The notes under the pieces were generated by a model, which was not told the origin of the DNA, did no database searches, and saw nothing but the letters and a program-made list of their open reading frames with translations. From an uncultured delta proteobacterium (GTDB lineage: Bacteria; Desulfobacterota; BSN033; UBA1163), in NCBI GenBank assembly GCA_963828805.1, contig CAWHGS010000011.1:22212-86211 (forward strand): a stretch of 64,000 nucleotides of DNA, given 5' to 3'. The translations under genes were made by a program, and so were the position numbers. Positions 1 through 12,023 of this stretch are shown one piece after another. How positions within the stretch are numbered: the first letter of the stretch is position 1; each line of letters starts with the position of its first letter.

Positions 1-1544
1 TTGACGGCTCCCATGAGCGCATCCTGGACGAAATGGAGGGACTTCTCGGAGACACGGGCCCTCCCGGTCTCCACGGGAGGATACTCTTTCAACGTCTTCC
101 CGAAAATATTTTCCACCCTCTCGACCACCTGGGGAAGAAAAATCTTTCCTCCATTCGCAACGGCGGACATGAAGGTGACGAGCTGAATCGGCGTCGCATT
201 CATATATCCCTGACCTACCGCGAAGGAGAGGGTCTCGCCGCTGTACCAGGGAACACCGAACCGCTTCTTTTTCCAGGAGGAGGAAGGGACGATCCCCGTC
301 TTTTCATGAGGAAGGGAAATCCCCGTCTTTCTCCCTAAGCCAAATTCCTTAGCGTAATGGGCAATGGTATCCACCCCTATCTTTAATCCGGCCTGATAAA
401 AATAGATGTCACACGACTCGACGAGGGCCCGGCGGAGACTGATCATTCCATGGCCTCCCTCCTTCCAGCACCGGAAATCCCGATTCCCATAAGGATAGGC
501 GCCCGCGCAGTGAAATTGGGTATCCGGGGTGAGGTCCCCCGATTCGAGGCCTGCCAGGGTTGTAATGATCTTAAAGACGGATCCCGGGGGATACTGACCC
601 TGAATCCCTTTGTTTTGGAGGGGATGAAATGGGTTCTCCATCAGGGATTTCCACTCTTCAGGCGAGATATGTTCTCGCAAAGAGGTCGGGATCAAAAGAG
701 GGCTTGCTGACCATGGCCAGAATTCGGCCGTTCCGTGGGTCCATGGCAATCAAGGCGCCGTTCTTGTCCTGGAAGGCCTCCTCAGCCTTATTCTGGAGAT
801 CCAAATCGATCGTCAGGATCAGATTATTCCCCGGGAAGGATTCGACGCTCCGGATAGGTCTGATCTCCCTTCCCAGGGCGTCCACTTCGACCTGCTGGCC
901 TCCATCGACCCCCCGGAGGTCTGTTTCCCACTGGTATTCGATCCCGTATTTCCCGATCATGGCGCCCATGCGATACGGCGCTTCTTTCGTCTGCCGGAGA
1001 TCATCCTCGTCCACCTCGCCGAGGTAACCGATCAGGTGGGAGGCGATGGCCCCGTAGTTATAGGTTCTCTTGGGCCGAACGTCGACCAGCAGTCCCGGAA
1101 GATAGACACGATTCGATTCGAGAAGGGCCAACTCGTCCCACTCGATATCCGGCTTAATCCTGACGGGTTTAAAGGGAGCCCTGCGTTTGAGCTCCCCTGA
1201 TCTTCTCCTCGATCTTGTCCTGATCCAGGTTTAACAGCTGTGTCATCTGGCCGACCACTTCCGGATATCCGTTTCAGATCTTCCGGAATGAGATAGACTT
1301 CGAAGCAGGGACGGTTTTGGGCCAGGACACGGCCTCTTCGGTCCATCAGGAGACCCCGGTCTGCCGGATGCTCCCGGATCCGGATACAGTTGTTCTCAGA
1401 GATTCGACGGAATTCACTCCCCCGGAGGGTTTGGAGATACCAGAGATGGGCGATGAGGAGGAAGAAGGCGACTCCCAGAATGATCAGGCAGTATTTGTGC
1501 CTTCCTTTAAAGTCTTCCATCTTCTGGGAATCTAAATCAACCAT
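1..1544 (-). CDS. mrdA: Penicillin-binding protein 2 (peptidoglycan D,D-transpeptidase), 5' part in window; C-terminus runs off the window start; split over 3 frames
   Basis: ORFs 1032..1544(-) and 658..1131(-) give an N-terminal TM plus PBP dimerisation region; manual translation of 1..660(-) shows SVFKI (SxxK), SxN and KTG transpeptidase motifs; directly downstream of mreBCD. Confidence 0.8.
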
Positions 1545-2067
1545 CCTCTATCCTTTCTCCTGCAGGCTGATACCCTTCTTTTTCGCCAGGAAACCGGAGC
1601 CCCTTTGAGAGAGGATAAAGAGGAGAGGAGTGATTAGCGCCGTGAAGGTAGACTGAGGGAAGAGGGAGAAGAAAGAAGGAGGGGTAGAGATGGAAAAGAG
1701 GTTCCGGGCTCAGAAGCGAGAGAAAAAGGAGAAGGAGAAGCCCCTCAAGGGAAGACAGGAGGAAGACGAAAATGAACTGGGAAGAAAATCCCTCGAGGTA
1801 GAATTTCGACTTAAAAAGATAGGCCCCGTAGAACAGGAGGGGTCTCGAAAAGGCATGAACGCCAAAGGTGTTTCCGGAAAAGAGGTCAACCAAATAACCC
1901 AGAAAGAAGGCCAGGATTGCGCCCGGGACCGGTGGAAACGAAAACCCGAGAAAGAGGGTGAAGATCAGCATGAAGTCCGGCCTGATTCTCTGGATGGGAA
2001 AGAACCCCAGAAGGGTCGTCTGAAGGGTGAGGACAAGAACTCCAAGAAGGATGAAGAGGAGGATCCG
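1537..2067 (-). CDS. mreD: Rod shape-determining protein MreD
   Basis: C-terminal 170 aa of ORF 1537..2553(-) beginning MKRILLFILLGVLVL; polytopic hydrophobic protein in the canonical position after mreC. Confidence 0.65.
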   Translation of the reverse strand, partial: RILLFILLGVLVLTLQTTLLGFFPIQRIRPDFMLIFTLFLGFSFPPVPGAILAFFLGYLVDLFSGNTFGVHAFSRPLLFYGAYLFKSKFYLEGFSSQFIFVFLLSSLEGLLLLLFLSLLSPEPLFHLYPSFFLLPLPSVYLHGANHSSPLYPLSKGLRFPGEKEGYQPAGERIEDG

Positions 2068-2972
2068 TTTCATCTCTTTCTTCTCTCCGCCTCCCGGAAA
2101 TTTCTTTGGCTTCTTCGCCTTTTCGTCGAGAGAGGGGAAAACCATATCGGTGATGACCAGGACCTCCTCCAGTCTGGTGAGATCCACGCTGGGGACCAAT
2201 TCCGCATACTGGAAGATGCCGTGGCCTTTCTTCTCCACTCCTCGAATCTCTCCGATGAGAAGCCCCTTTGGAAAATTTCCGCTCAGCCCCGAGGTCAAAA
2301 CGACATCCCCCGCGCTGACCTCCTCGGTCCGGAGGAGGTATTTCAGCTGACACCGGTTTTCGCCCTTTCCTTCCACGATGGCCCGGGCACGCGTTTTCTG
2401 GACGATCGAATCGATGGCGCTGTTGTAGTCTGTAATGAGGAGGACGGTCGCATAGTGGGGAGCCGCCTTGAGGATCTGCCCGACCACTCCCTCGGGCGAG
2501 ATCACGGCCATTCCCTTCCGCACACCCTCCGTCTCTCCCTTGTTGATGGTCACGACTCCTGAACCAGGAGGAGGGGTCCTGTCCGATCACTTCAGCGGCG
2601 ACCGTCGAGGTCGGGATCTTCTCCCGAAACTGAAGGAGTTTCCGGAGCCGCTCATTGGCGAGAAGCGCCTCTTCCTTCACGTTGTTTTCTTTTTGAAGGT
2701 CCACAATCCGATGTTTCAGCATCTCGTTCTCTCTCTGGAGGTGAACCAGGAAGAGATAGTGCTGGTAAGGTGTGCTGAAGGGTCTGAATCACGAAGGTCG
2801 AGGTCCTCTGGAAGGGAGAGCAGAGCTCCATGACGAGGGCATCAACAAAGGCAATCCCCTTCTGCTGTTTTACCCTCAGCGACATCAGGACCAGGGCCAC
2901 GAGCAAGAAGAAAGATGACCAGGGCCGGAACAGGATAGCGTCTTAGAAAAGAGAGTCCCCGTTCTTCATCAC
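2064..2972 (-). CDS. mreC: Rod shape-determining protein MreC (frameshifted; no stop codon before mreD in this assembly)
   Basis: Fragments 2652..2906(-), 1886..2722(-) and the first 160 aa of 1537..2553(-) together give TM, coiled-coil and MreC beta domains; Lys/Pro-rich tail KAKKPKKFPGGGEKKE then MKRILLF of MreD in the same frame. Confidence 0.75.
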
Positions 2973-2975
2973 TTC

Positions 2976-4013
2976 TTAATACTGAACGGTGACGGCACGG
3001 AGAAGTTCCTCGTTGTCGAGAACCATCCCTGCGCCCAATACAATCGAAGAAAGGGGATCGTCCACAATGGTAATGGGAAGGTTCGTCACTTCCCGGAGCA
3101 GAACATCGAGGTTCTTGAGAAGGGCCCCTCCGCCTACCAGAACGATCCCTTTATCGACGATATCGGCAGCCAATTCCGGCGGCGTTCCCTCGAGCGTAAT
3201 CCGGACCGTATCGATGATCGTGTTAATCGATTCTGCGAGGGCTTCCCGGACCTCCTCACTGTTGACCTCAAGGGTTTTGGGAATCCCTGTCACGAGGTCC
3301 CTCCCTTTCACCTCGATCGTCGTAGGGTTCTCCTCGGGATAGGCCGTCCCAATGTTGATCTTGATCAATTCCGCTGACCGCTCTCCGATCAGGAGGTTAT
3401 ATTTTCTCTTGACATACTGGACGATCGCCTCATCCATCTTGTCCCCGGCCACCCGGATCGACTGACTGGTCACAATTCCCGAAAGGGAGATGACGGCCAC
3501 TTCGGTGGTCCCGCCTCCAATGTCGACCACCATGTTCCCGGAGGCTTCCGTGATCGGAAGGCCGGCGCCGATGGCCGCAGCCATGGGTTCTTCGATCAGG
3601 TAGATCTCCCTCGCCCCTGCCGATTGGGCCGACTCCCGAACCGCCCGTTTCTCCACAGGAGTGATTCCCGAGGGAACGGAGATCACCACCCGGGGCCGGA
3701 GCAGGGCCTTGCGGTTGTGAACCTTTGCAATGAAATACCGGAGCATCTCACCCGTGATCTCAAAGTCGGCAATCACGCCATCCTTCATGGGCCGGATGGC
3801 AAAGATCGTTCCGGGGGTTCGGCCGAGCATCTCTTTCGCCTCCCGGCCCACGGCGAGGATACGCTTATCTCCCCTCGAATCCTTCTGAATCGCTACGACC
3901 GAAGGTTCCGAAGAGACAATCCCCTTCCCCTTGACATAAACGACGGTATTGGCCGTTCCAAGATCGATGGCCAAATCCGACGAGAACAAGCCCCACAACG
4001 AGTTAAATACCAT
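2976..4013 (-). CDS. mreB: Rod shape-determining protein MreB (actin homologue)
   Basis: 345 aa intact ORF with [17 protein letters not shown] and [15 protein letters not shown] actin-fold motifs. Confidence 0.95.
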   Translation of the reverse strand: MVFNSLWGLFSSDLAIDLGTANTVVYVKGKGIVSSEPSVVAIQKDSRGDKRILAVGREAKEMLGRTPGTIFAIRPMKDGVIADFEITGEMLRYFIAKVHNRKALLRPRVVISVPSGITPVEKRAVRESAQSAGAREIYLIEEPMAAAIGAGLPITEASGNMVVDIGGGTTEVAVISLSGIVTSQSIRVAGDKMDEAIVQYVKRKYNLLIGERSAELIKINIGTAYPEENPTTIEVKGRDLVTGIPKTLEVNSEEVREALAESINTIIDTVRITLEGTPPELAADIVDKGIVLVGGGALLKNLDVLLREVTNLPITIVDDPLSSIVLGAGMVLDNEELLRAVTVQY

Positions 4014-4177
4014 TCCCTTCCCCTCTCAATGAAACCCCGTGCTTTCTGCGACAGATCAAGCACGCCTTATCTTAACAAATACCACCAGTCGGATTCAAGA
4101 AAATTCACAGGCCCCGACCTCTTGTCTTTTCTAAGAGGATTGATTACTATTTGAAGATTGAAAAAAGGGAGGTCTTT

Positions 4178-6086
4178 ATGCTGAAGGTCTTAAGGGAGCA
4201 TGCAACGTCATGGTTGCTCAAAGGGATCCTTATATTGGTGGCGGTGACTTTTATCCTCTGGGGAGGGTCCAACCTGATCCGGGACAAGACATTGACCTAT
4301 GCTGCAAAGGTGAACGGGACCGTCATCGATCTCAGGGAGTATTCGGATGCCTATCAAAACCTGGTCAAGCAGTATCGGGACGCCCTCGGCCCGGCCTTTA
4401 ACGAAAAGATGGTTACAGAACTGAAGCTCAGGGAAAAACTGTTGGACGACTTTATCAACCGCATTCTGCTCGCTGAAGAAGCAAGGAAGCTCGGCCTCAC
4501 GGTCAATGATGATGAATTAAGAGGACTGATTCAATCCGCCCCCGCCTTTCAGGCGGACGGTCGATTCGACCCCCGCCGGTACGAATTCTTTCTCCGGCAG
4601 AGGCGAATGAGCGCCGAGGACTTCGAACGGACGCAACGGGAACAGATCCAGATTTCCCGGGTCGTCAATCTCGTCCGCCAGAATTCGGTCAAAGTTTCCG
4701 AGCAGGAGGTCTGGGACACTTTTCTCTTCGAAAACGAACGGATCAATCTCAACTTCATCAAGATTTCTCCCGATGCGTTCAGGAGTCAGGTGACGGTCAA
4801 CGATATTGAGAACAAGGACTACTACAGCCAAAAACCAGGAAGAATTCCGGACGCCCGCATTCGTCCGGGTCCAGTATCTGGCGTTTCGGCCTTCCGATTT
4901 TGAAGGAAGGATTCAGGTTTCACCTGAAGACATCAAACAGACCTACGAGATCCAGAAAGACCGGTTGAAGACCCCCAAACAGGTCAAGGCAAGAGAGATC
5001 CTGATTAAGGTCAATCCTCAGGACCCTCCGGGAAAGGTGGAAGAGAAGGGAAAGAAGGCTGAAGAGATTCTGGAAAAGGCCAAGAAAACGAAAGACTTTG
5101 CTTCCCTGGCCAAACAGGTTTCTGAATCGAATACCGCCTCGAAAGGAGGCGAGTTGGGCTGGGTCCAGAAAGGAATGGTTGACGAACCTTCCGAAGCCGC
5201 TCTCTTCTCTCTGAAGGCGGGGGAGACGAGCGGTCTTGTCTTAAGGCCTGGCGGATTCGGCATCTTTCGGGTGGAAGAGGTGAAAGAGGAAAAGGATAAG
5301 TCCCTCGATGAAGCCAAGGCGGAGATCGCAAAGGCCCTCAAAGGAGAACGGGCGCGGTCCGAAGCCTCCCGCAAGGCAGAAGATGCCTTCTATACCCTGT
5401 TTCGAGGCCGCGATCTCGAAAAGTATGCTCACGAAAAGGAGGTGCCCATCAAGACCACAGGCCTTTTCAAGGAAGGCGAGGAGGTTCCCGAATTCGGAAG
5501 GGACTCCAACTTTTATTCCAGCGCCTTTTCTCTCAAGGTCGGGGAGATCTCGCCCGTCGTCACGGTGGGACCGAATTCCTATATTCTGAAACTGGTGGAT
5601 AAAAAGGAGTCCCGAATCCCTCCGCTCGAAGAGGTGAAGGAGGAGGTGAAACAGAAGGTCATCGCCAAAAAATCGGAGGAGAAGGCCCGTCAGGTGACCG
5701 AAGACCTTCTCAAGCAGCTTCAAGGTGGAAAGGATATCAGAGAGGTTGCCAAGGCCGCAGGGCTCTCTTTGCAGGAAACCGGGTTTTTCACGCGGACAGC
5801 AGGCGTGATTCCGAAAATCGGACCGGTGAAGGATGCAGGGAGCCTGCTTGCCCCGCTCACAGAAAAAAATCCCCTTTCCAAGGAGGCGCTTCAAACCAAA
5901 GAGGGCTACTTCATCGTCCGGTTATCGACCGTGGAGCCTGCAGATCAGAACCGGTTTTCAGAAGCGAAGAAAACCCTCGAGCAGCGGCTGGCCAACCTAA
6001 AACAGGAAGAGTTTTTCCAGAACTGGCTCAGCCAACTCAAGTCCAAGGCCAAGATCGACATCAACAAGGATGTTTTTAAGAGTTAG
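4178..6086 (+). CDS. ppiD: Periplasmic chaperone PpiD (SurA-like N domain plus parvulin PPIase domain), one frameshift near 4850
   Basis: ORFs 4151..4903 and 4806..6086; N-terminal TM anchor LLKGILILVAVTFILWGG; parvulin region ASKGGELGWVQKGMVDEPSEAALFSLKAGETSGLV; RBS aaaaagggagg before ATG 4178. Confidence 0.8.
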
Positions 6087-6133
6087 TTCTTTGTGACAGG
6101 GTGCGGCGTTGTCTCGTCGGACCCCGTCCTGTG

Positions 6134-7762
6134 TCAATACCCGATGGCGCAGCCATCCTTTCTCCGGTCAGAGGCGCCTAAGAGCACGCTCTGATCACGA
6201 TCATAATAGATCGCCTGACCACCTCCCACCTGGTTGATGGCTGTTTCTTCACCGGGGACGGAATGCCCTTTCCCCTGCAAGGTTTTCCTCGTCTCTTCTG
6301 AAATTCCATCTTCGAGATAAACGTCCATCCCCTGGATGTGCCGGATGCGGGGCGCATCGACCGCTTCCTGAAGGTTCATTCCGAAGTCGATGAGATTGAC
6401 AAGAAACTGGACGTGGCCCTGGGGCTGCATGTCTCCACCCATGACCCCAAAGCTCATCAGGAAGCGTCCATCCTTAAACACCATGCCGGGAATGATCGTA
6501 TGCATCGGCCTCTTATGGGGCTCCAGCCGGTTGAAATGATGCGGATCCAGAGAAAACGATTTTCCCCGATTCTGCAGAACAATCCCTGTTCCATCCACAA
6601 CCATTCCAGACCCGAAATGCATGAAGATGCTGCTGATGAAGGAGACGGCATTTCGGTTTCGATCGACGGCGGTCACATAAACGGTTTCAGACCCGCTCGG
6701 ACCGGGAGAGAGAGCCGAGGGAAGCGAGGCCTTGTCCGGACGGATCTTTCCCCTGATTTTCCCCGCATGGTCTTTTGAGAGGAGCCGGTCCATTGGAATG
6801 GCCACAAATTCCGGGTCGGTGATAAAGTGATCTCGGTCGTTGAATGCAGCCTTTTTTGCCTCGATCAGGAGGTGAAGATACTCGGCCCCATTCGGCTCCA
6901 TGCGACCGATCTCATACCCCTCGAGGATATTGAGCATCTCCAGGGCTGTCATTCCCTGGCCGTTTGGGGGAAGTTCGCAGATCGTGTATCCCCGGTACTC
7001 TGTGGAGATGGGCTCTACCCACGAGGTGGTATGGTCTTTAAAATCCTGACGGGAGAAGAGCCCCTGGTGACGGTTCGAAAAGTCGAGGATCGCATCACAG
7101 ATCTCTCCCTCGTAAAAAGCCCTCACGCCTTCTCGAACAAGGGTCTTGTAGGTACGGGCAAGATCTTTGTTGACAAACCGTTGTCCTGGTCTCGGCGCTT
7201 TCCCATCGATCAGGTAAGTTTTAGACGCGCTTTCCGTTGCACGAAGGATCGATTCCGTGTGCTTCCATTCTCCTGCAATCACTTCCGTCACAGGAAACCC
7301 GTTCTCGGCGAAATGAATCGCATCCTCAAAAACATCCCCCAGGGTTAAGGTTCCGTAACGCTCCAACGCCTCCCCCCATCCATGAAGCGCTCCTGGAACC
7401 GTAACGCTCAGCATTCCTTTCTCCGGGATTTCGTTCATTCCATGGCTTTTCAACCCGTCAAGGGTCGCCCGGTAGGGAGCCCGACCGCTTCCGTTCATGC
7501 CCATCAGCCGATTTTTCCCGGCAAGATAGATCAGGGCAAAGGCGTCCCCTCCCAACCCCACGGAGTAGGGTTCAACCACATTCAGGGTGCTCACCATGGC
7601 CACGGCTGCATCCACTGCATTTCCACCCTTTGCCAGGATTTTGTAACCCGCGAGGGTTGCGAGATGCTGGCTCGAGGCAACCATTCCGTCGGTCCCCATC
7701 ACCACCGAGCGTTGGGAAGCGCTCTCCCGTCTTCGCCTGGATGAATAGGTAAATGGCATCAT
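6134..7762 (-). CDS. ggt: Gamma-glutamyltransferase family protein
   Basis: 542 aa intact ORF; GGT family features including the Thr nucleophile region (TTH...) and GGDMQPQG-like C-terminal motifs. Confidence 0.9.
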   Translation of the reverse strand: MMPFTYSSRRRRESASQRSVVMGTDGMVASSQHLATLAGYKILAKGGNAVDAAVAMVSTLNVVEPYSVGLGGDAFALIYLAGKNRLMGMNGSGRAPYRATLDGLKSHGMNEIPEKGMLSVTVPGALHGWGEALERYGTLTLGDVFEDAIHFAENGFPVTEVIAGEWKHTESILRATESASKTYLIDGKAPRPGQRFVNKDLARTYKTLVREGVRAFYEGEICDAILDFSNRHQGLFSRQDFKDHTTSWVEPISTEYRGYTICELPPNGQGMTALEMLNILEGYEIGRMEPNGAEYLHLLIEAKKAAFNDRDHFITDPEFVAIPMDRLLSKDHAGKIRGKIRPDKASLPSALSPGPSGSETVYVTAVDRNRNAVSFISSIFMHFGSGMVVDGTGIVLQNRGKSFSLDPHHFNRLEPHKRPMHTIIPGMVFKDGRFLMSFGVMGGDMQPQGHVQFLVNLIDFGMNLQEAVDAPRIRHIQGMDVYLEDGISEETRKTLQGKGHSVPGEETAINQVGGGQAIYYDRDQSVLLGASDRRKDGCAIGY

Positions 7763-7966
7763 GGATTCTCCTCCTCTGTTGACGATTCACCCTCTTTTCG
7801 GATATGAATATGATTAAAGCAATCAGGCTCCGTCGAAGCACAGCATCCCTTCCTCCAATCCCGTTTTGGGAGGGGAGATGCCTTCGGTCCGGAGTTAAAA
7901 TAATATAACATAAAAGTGAATGACCTGATCTGTTTATCTCCTGTATAGAAAAAGGAGGGACTTCCC

Positions 7967-8161
7967 GTGGCTCAACCGTTTTCATTCAGCAAAGAGCTTT
8001 TTTTACGCATCGCAGAAGAATCCGGTCTCAGTACGGACCCGTCCCATCTCGACAGCCTCTATGCCTATCTCCAGGGTGTTCTTCCGGGCCTGAGGACGAT
8101 CGAGAATCTGGATCTCGGCGATGCAGAACCCTTTATGCCTCTTCTCATGAAAAAGGAGTAA
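7967..8161 (+). CDS. gatC: Asp-tRNA(Asn)/Glu-tRNA(Gln) amidotransferase subunit C (GTG start)
   Basis: 64 aa; GatC-like LDLGDAEPFMPL C-terminus; RBS aaaaggaggg upstream; immediately followed by an amidase-signature gene. Confidence 0.65.
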   Translation: MAQPFSFSKELFLRIAEESGLSTDPSHLDSLYAYLQGVLPGLRTIENLDLGDAEPFMPLLMKKE

Positions 8162-8166
8162 TCCCC

Positions 8167-9578
8167 ATGGACGCAAATGAACTCTGTTATCTGAGCGCGG
8201 GCCAACTGGGCCGGCTGATTCAAAAGAAGGAAGTCTCTCCCGTTGAGGTGATTGAAGCCCACATCAAAAGGACTGAATCCCTTGAACCCAGGCTGAATTC
8301 TTTTATCGCTTTCCTTCCTGAGAAGGCGAGAGAAGAAGCGCGGAGGGCGGAGAAGGAGATCCTGGCAGGAAGATACCAGGGGACCTCTCCACGGCATCCC
8401 TCTCGGACTGAAGGATCTCTACTACGTCAAGGGAATTCCAAACACCGCAGGGACAAAGTTATTCAAAGATTTCATTCCGGACTTTGACAGCACCGTCACA
8501 ACCAGGCTGAGGGAAGCCGGGACAATCCTTCTTGGAAAATTGAACATGCATCCGTTTGCTTACGGTCCTACAGGAGAAAACCCGGAATACGGCCACATGC
8601 ACAATCCCTGGAACACGGAATGCATCACGGGAGGGTCGAGCGGGGGCTCGGGCTCTGCGGCAGCCTCAGGACAGTGCACGCTGACGATGGGCAGCGATAC
8701 AGGAGGCTCCATCCGCATTCCCAGCGCCCTGTGCGGCCTGGCAGGACTCAAACCGACCTATGGACGGGTCAGCCGGTATGGTCTCACCGCGCTTGCGTGG
8801 AGTCAGGATCATCCCGGCCCCCTGGCCCGGACGGTGGAGGATTGCGCCCTCGTCCTGAACGCCACTGCGGGATATGATCCGAACGACCCCGTTTCAGTTG
8901 ATCTTCCTGTGCCGGATTACACGAAGGCCCTACTGGAACGATCAAGGGCCTCCGGATCGGCGTGCCCAAGGAATATTTCGAAGTCCCGATCGACGGGACC
9001 GTAAAGGAGATCGTCTGGAAAGGGATTCGCAAACTGGAGGAGTTGGGGGCAACGGTCACCGAAGTCTCATGGTCCATGTACCCTCATGCGGCTGCCATTG
9101 CAAACACGATTCAGATGGCAGAGGCAACGGCCTATCATAAGAAGCTCATCCAGAGAGAGGGCCTCTGAGATCTGGCACCCCGTGCGGCTCCGTCTTGAAG
9201 CGGGTTTTTTTATCTCGGCAGTCGGACTATGTCCAGGCAGAGCGGGCCCGCGCCCTGTTCTTTGAACAGAGCCTGGAACTGATGAAGAAGGTGGACCTTC
9301 TTGCAGGCCCAACCCTGCCCGTCACGGCCTTTAAGATCGGGACAAACGAGGTGAAAATCGGGGACAGGACCGTGAAGGCGATTCCGCTTCTCACCCAGTA
9401 TACGCGGCCGTTCAATCTCAACGGCTTTCCCGCGATCAGCATCCCCTGCGGCTTTTCCAACGATCTGCCTGTGGGCCTGCAGCTCGCAGGCCGTCCTTTT
9501 GAGGAGGAGACGGTGCTTCGGGCAGCTCATGTTTATGAGCAGGCAACGGATTGGCACCAACGGAGACCGCCACTTTAA
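8167..9578 (+). CDS. gatA: Amidase-signature protein, most likely Glu-tRNA(Gln) amidotransferase subunit A; split into 5 ORFs
   Basis: ORFs 8167..8487, 8540..9004, 8962..9168, 9195..9578; motifs LHGIPLGLKDL and GGSSGGSGSAAASG (AS family Ser-cisSer-Lys); position right after gatC. Confidence 0.6.
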
Positions 9579-9730
9579 CAGAATGAAATGTCAATGACCA
9601 AATCCCAATTTTCAAATAATTCCAAATAACCAAACATTGCTGTCGAAAATAACCCCACGATCCTGAAATACTATTTGAAATTATTAGTCATCTTGGAGGA
9701 TATTACCATTTTTCAAATCAGAGTTCTTCT

Positions 9731-9756
9731 TAATCTGTCATGCTGAACTTGGTTCA
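9731..9756. repeat. 26-nt perfect palindrome tcatgctgaacttggttcagcatctc; exact reverse-complement copy at 11879..11904
   Basis: Read directly; hairpin with 9-bp stem; lies between convergent gatA and ruvB. Confidence 0.7.
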
Positions 9757-9950
9757 GCATCTCAAGCCTCTTGGTCCAATTTGTTGAGATCCCGGATCAA
9801 GTCCGGGATGACAAACTCTGTTTTTGAAAACCCATTTTGCACAAGGGTGATAAGCAAAGGACAAAATTTTAGACCCAGGAATTTCTATTTTGTGAGTTTG
9901 GTTATTGGAACATGGGTATTATTTGATTATTGGAATTTGAAATTTGGGAT

Positions 9951-11030
9951 TTATCTATTCTTTTTGTGGGTGGGAAGGGAGAGTTGTCTCCCGGATTCGT
10001 GATAGGGGAGTCCAAAGTGCTGGTAGGCCAGTTCCGTGGCTCTTCTTCCGTTCTGCATCCTGGCAATGAATCCAATCTTAAGAAGAAAGGGTTCGATCAT
10101 ATCGACCAGCGTATCGGCTTCTTCCTGAAGGGTCGCAGCGATCGCCTCCAAACCCACCGGGCCGCCCTTGTAATACCGGATGACCGTCTCCAAGAACCGG
10201 CGGTCAAGACTGGTCAAACCGGTCTCGTCGACCCCTTCCAATTTCAATGCCTCATCCGCAGTCTTCAGGTCGATCTTTCCCTCTCCCCGGATCTCGGCAA
10301 AGTCCCGGACCCTTTTGAGAAGCCGATTTGCAATTCTGGGTGTGCCCCTTGACCGTTTGGCGATCTCAAGGGTTCCTTCCTCGTCGATGGGGACCTTCAG
10401 GATGGCGGCAGAACGTCTGACCACCTGGATGAGTTCTTCTACAGAATAAAAATCGAGGGTCCTTAAGATTCCGAACCGCTCCCGGAGAGGCGCAGAGAGA
10501 AGTCCGGCCCGCGTCGTTGCTCCAACGAGGGTGAACCGTTCCAGACGGTACCGATGGCTTCTTGCGTGAGCTCCCTTGTCAAAAATGAAATCGATGCAAA
10601 AGTCTTCCATCGCCGGATAGAGAAACTCTTCAACCACTTTCGGCAGACGGTGAACCTCATCAATGAAAAGGACATCCCCCCATTCGAGATGGGTGAGGAT
10701 GCTGATCAGGTCTCCCCCTTTCTCAATGGCGGGTCCGGAAGTGGTAACGATGTGGACCCCCATCTCCTCGGCAATGATATGCGCGAGAGTCGTCTTGCCA
10801 AGGCCGGGGGGAGCGTGGAAGAGGATATGGTCCAGGGGCTCACTTCGCTTCTTGGCCGCCTGGATCGCGATATCGAGCGTCTCGACCACCTGTTTCTGAC
10901 CGATATAGTCGGAGAGCCTTTTGGGCCTAAGGTCGAGGTACTCCCCTCCCTCCTTGGGAACCGCGTCGCCCGCTTCCTGAATGTCTTTTCCCTTCTCTTC
11001 TTCTTCGCAAACCCCCTCGGGTTTCTTCAT
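9951..11030 (-). CDS. ruvB: Holliday junction branch migration DNA helicase RuvB
   Basis: 359 aa intact; Walker [15 protein letters not shown]+ and winged-helix regions. Confidence 0.95.
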   Translation of the reverse strand: MKKPEGVCEEEEKGKDIQEAGDAVPKEGGEYLDLRPKRLSDYIGQKQVVETLDIAIQAAKKRSEPLDHILFHAPPGLGKTTLAHIIAEEMGVHIVTTSGPAIEKGGDLISILTHLEWGDVLFIDEVHRLPKVVEEFLYPAMEDFCIDFIFDKGAHARSHRYRLERFTLVGATTRAGLLSAPLRERFGILRTLDFYSVEELIQVVRRSAAILKVPIDEEGTLEIAKRSRGTPRIANRLLKRVRDFAEIRGEGKIDLKTADEALKLEGVDETGLTSLDRRFLETVIRYYKGGPVGLEAIAATLQEEADTLVDMIEPFLLKIGFIARMQNGRRATELAYQHFGLPYHESGRQLSLPTHKKNR

Positions 11031-11056
11031 TTCATTACTCCGAACTCTTCTCTGGG

Positions 11057-11707
11057 TTATCCCGTATGGGTATTAGGCCGAGGCTCCTCTTTCTGTCCCC
11101 GATACACTTCTTCAAACAGTTCCTCAGGCGTGGCGATACCCGGATTCCTGAGCATGGCCTCCCGGGTCAATCTTTGGGCTTCAATCACCTTGTGGCCGAG
11201 GTCTTTCACCAGAACCTCTTCCACCTGTTTCTTAAAATCGATGACCTCTTCTTCAGCAAAAATCTGATCTTCCCGCATTAAGGCAAATTTACCCACTTTT
11301 CCCTGAAGGGTTGCAATGATCTTGTCTGCAGTCCGCTTCCCGACCCCCTTGAGTCTTTCAAGGGTTTTCGAATCCCTTTCTTCGATCGCACGGGCAATTT
11401 GAGGAATGGGAACGACCAGGGCCTTCACAGCCGAGGGCGGGCCAATGTCTTCCACCTTAATAAATTTCTCGAAGAACTCCTTCTCCGGTTCGTAGTTGAA
11501 TCCGATCAGCAACGGCTTGGGCTGGCGCTCGGTCTGATGATAGTAAATATAAAGCTTCACGGTCTCCCCGTCTTCACCCGCCCTTTTGGGATTAAAGGTC
11601 TGCCGGACAATAGCCGGGAGAAGGACCTCATACCCTATCCCATTGGCCAAGACCACGATCCGATCTTCTTCCTTTTTGAGCAATTTCCCTTCAAGGTATC
11701 GAATCAT
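11057..11707 (-). CDS. ruvA: Holliday junction DNA helicase RuvA
   Basis: 216 aa; MIRYLEGKL...GIGYEV start typical of RuvA; directly upstream of ruvB. Confidence 0.9.
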   Translation of the reverse strand: MIRYLEGKLLKKEEDRIVVLANGIGYEVLLPAIVRQTFNPKRAGEDGETVKLYIYYHQTERQPKPLLIGFNYEPEKEFFEKFIKVEDIGPPSAVKALVVPIPQIARAIEERDSKTLERLKGVGKRTADKIIATLQGKVGKFALMREDQIFAEEEVIDFKKQVEEVLVKDLGHKVIEAQRLTREAMLRNPGIATPEELFEEVYRGQKEEPRPNTHTG

Positions 11708-11878
11708 TCCTTATCCCCGTCAAAATCCTGAACTCTCATAGAATATCGAAACTCAGATGTCATGAATTGACAACTCTCAACACGTCAAACTCTGACATTC
11801 AAGCCAAAAATATTTGAAGATTCTGGGCGTATGTCATCCTGAATTTATTTCAGGATCTCAGCAAATCGGTCAAATTGG

Positions 11879-11904
11879 TGAGATGCTGAACCAAGTTCAG
11901 CATG
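11879..11904. repeat. Second copy (reverse complement) of the 26-nt palindrome gagatgctgaaccaagttcagcatga
   Basis: Read directly; sits with another palindrome atcctgaatttatttcaggat at 11846..11866. Confidence 0.7.
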
Positions 11905-12023
11905 ACATCTTTTTCTGTGTACTTTTGAGAAATTCTTTGTTATTATTGAGCATTTCGAAATTCGAAATTTGGACAATTGGGCTTGTTTAGAGTTTAGGGA
12001 TTTCGAGCTTAGAGTTTAGCGTC

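Noticed and set aside
1690-2562. 290-aa plus-strand ORF rich in E/K/R
   Set aside because: Antisense to mreC/mreD with low-complexity composition; it is an artefact of the GC-rich coding strand opposite.
5241-5894. 217-aa minus-strand ORF
   Set aside because: Antisense to ppiD, whose sense frame reconstructs a full-length chaperone.
10554-11267. 237-aa plus-strand ORF
   Set aside because: Antisense to ruvB/ruvA, both of which are intact and well supported.
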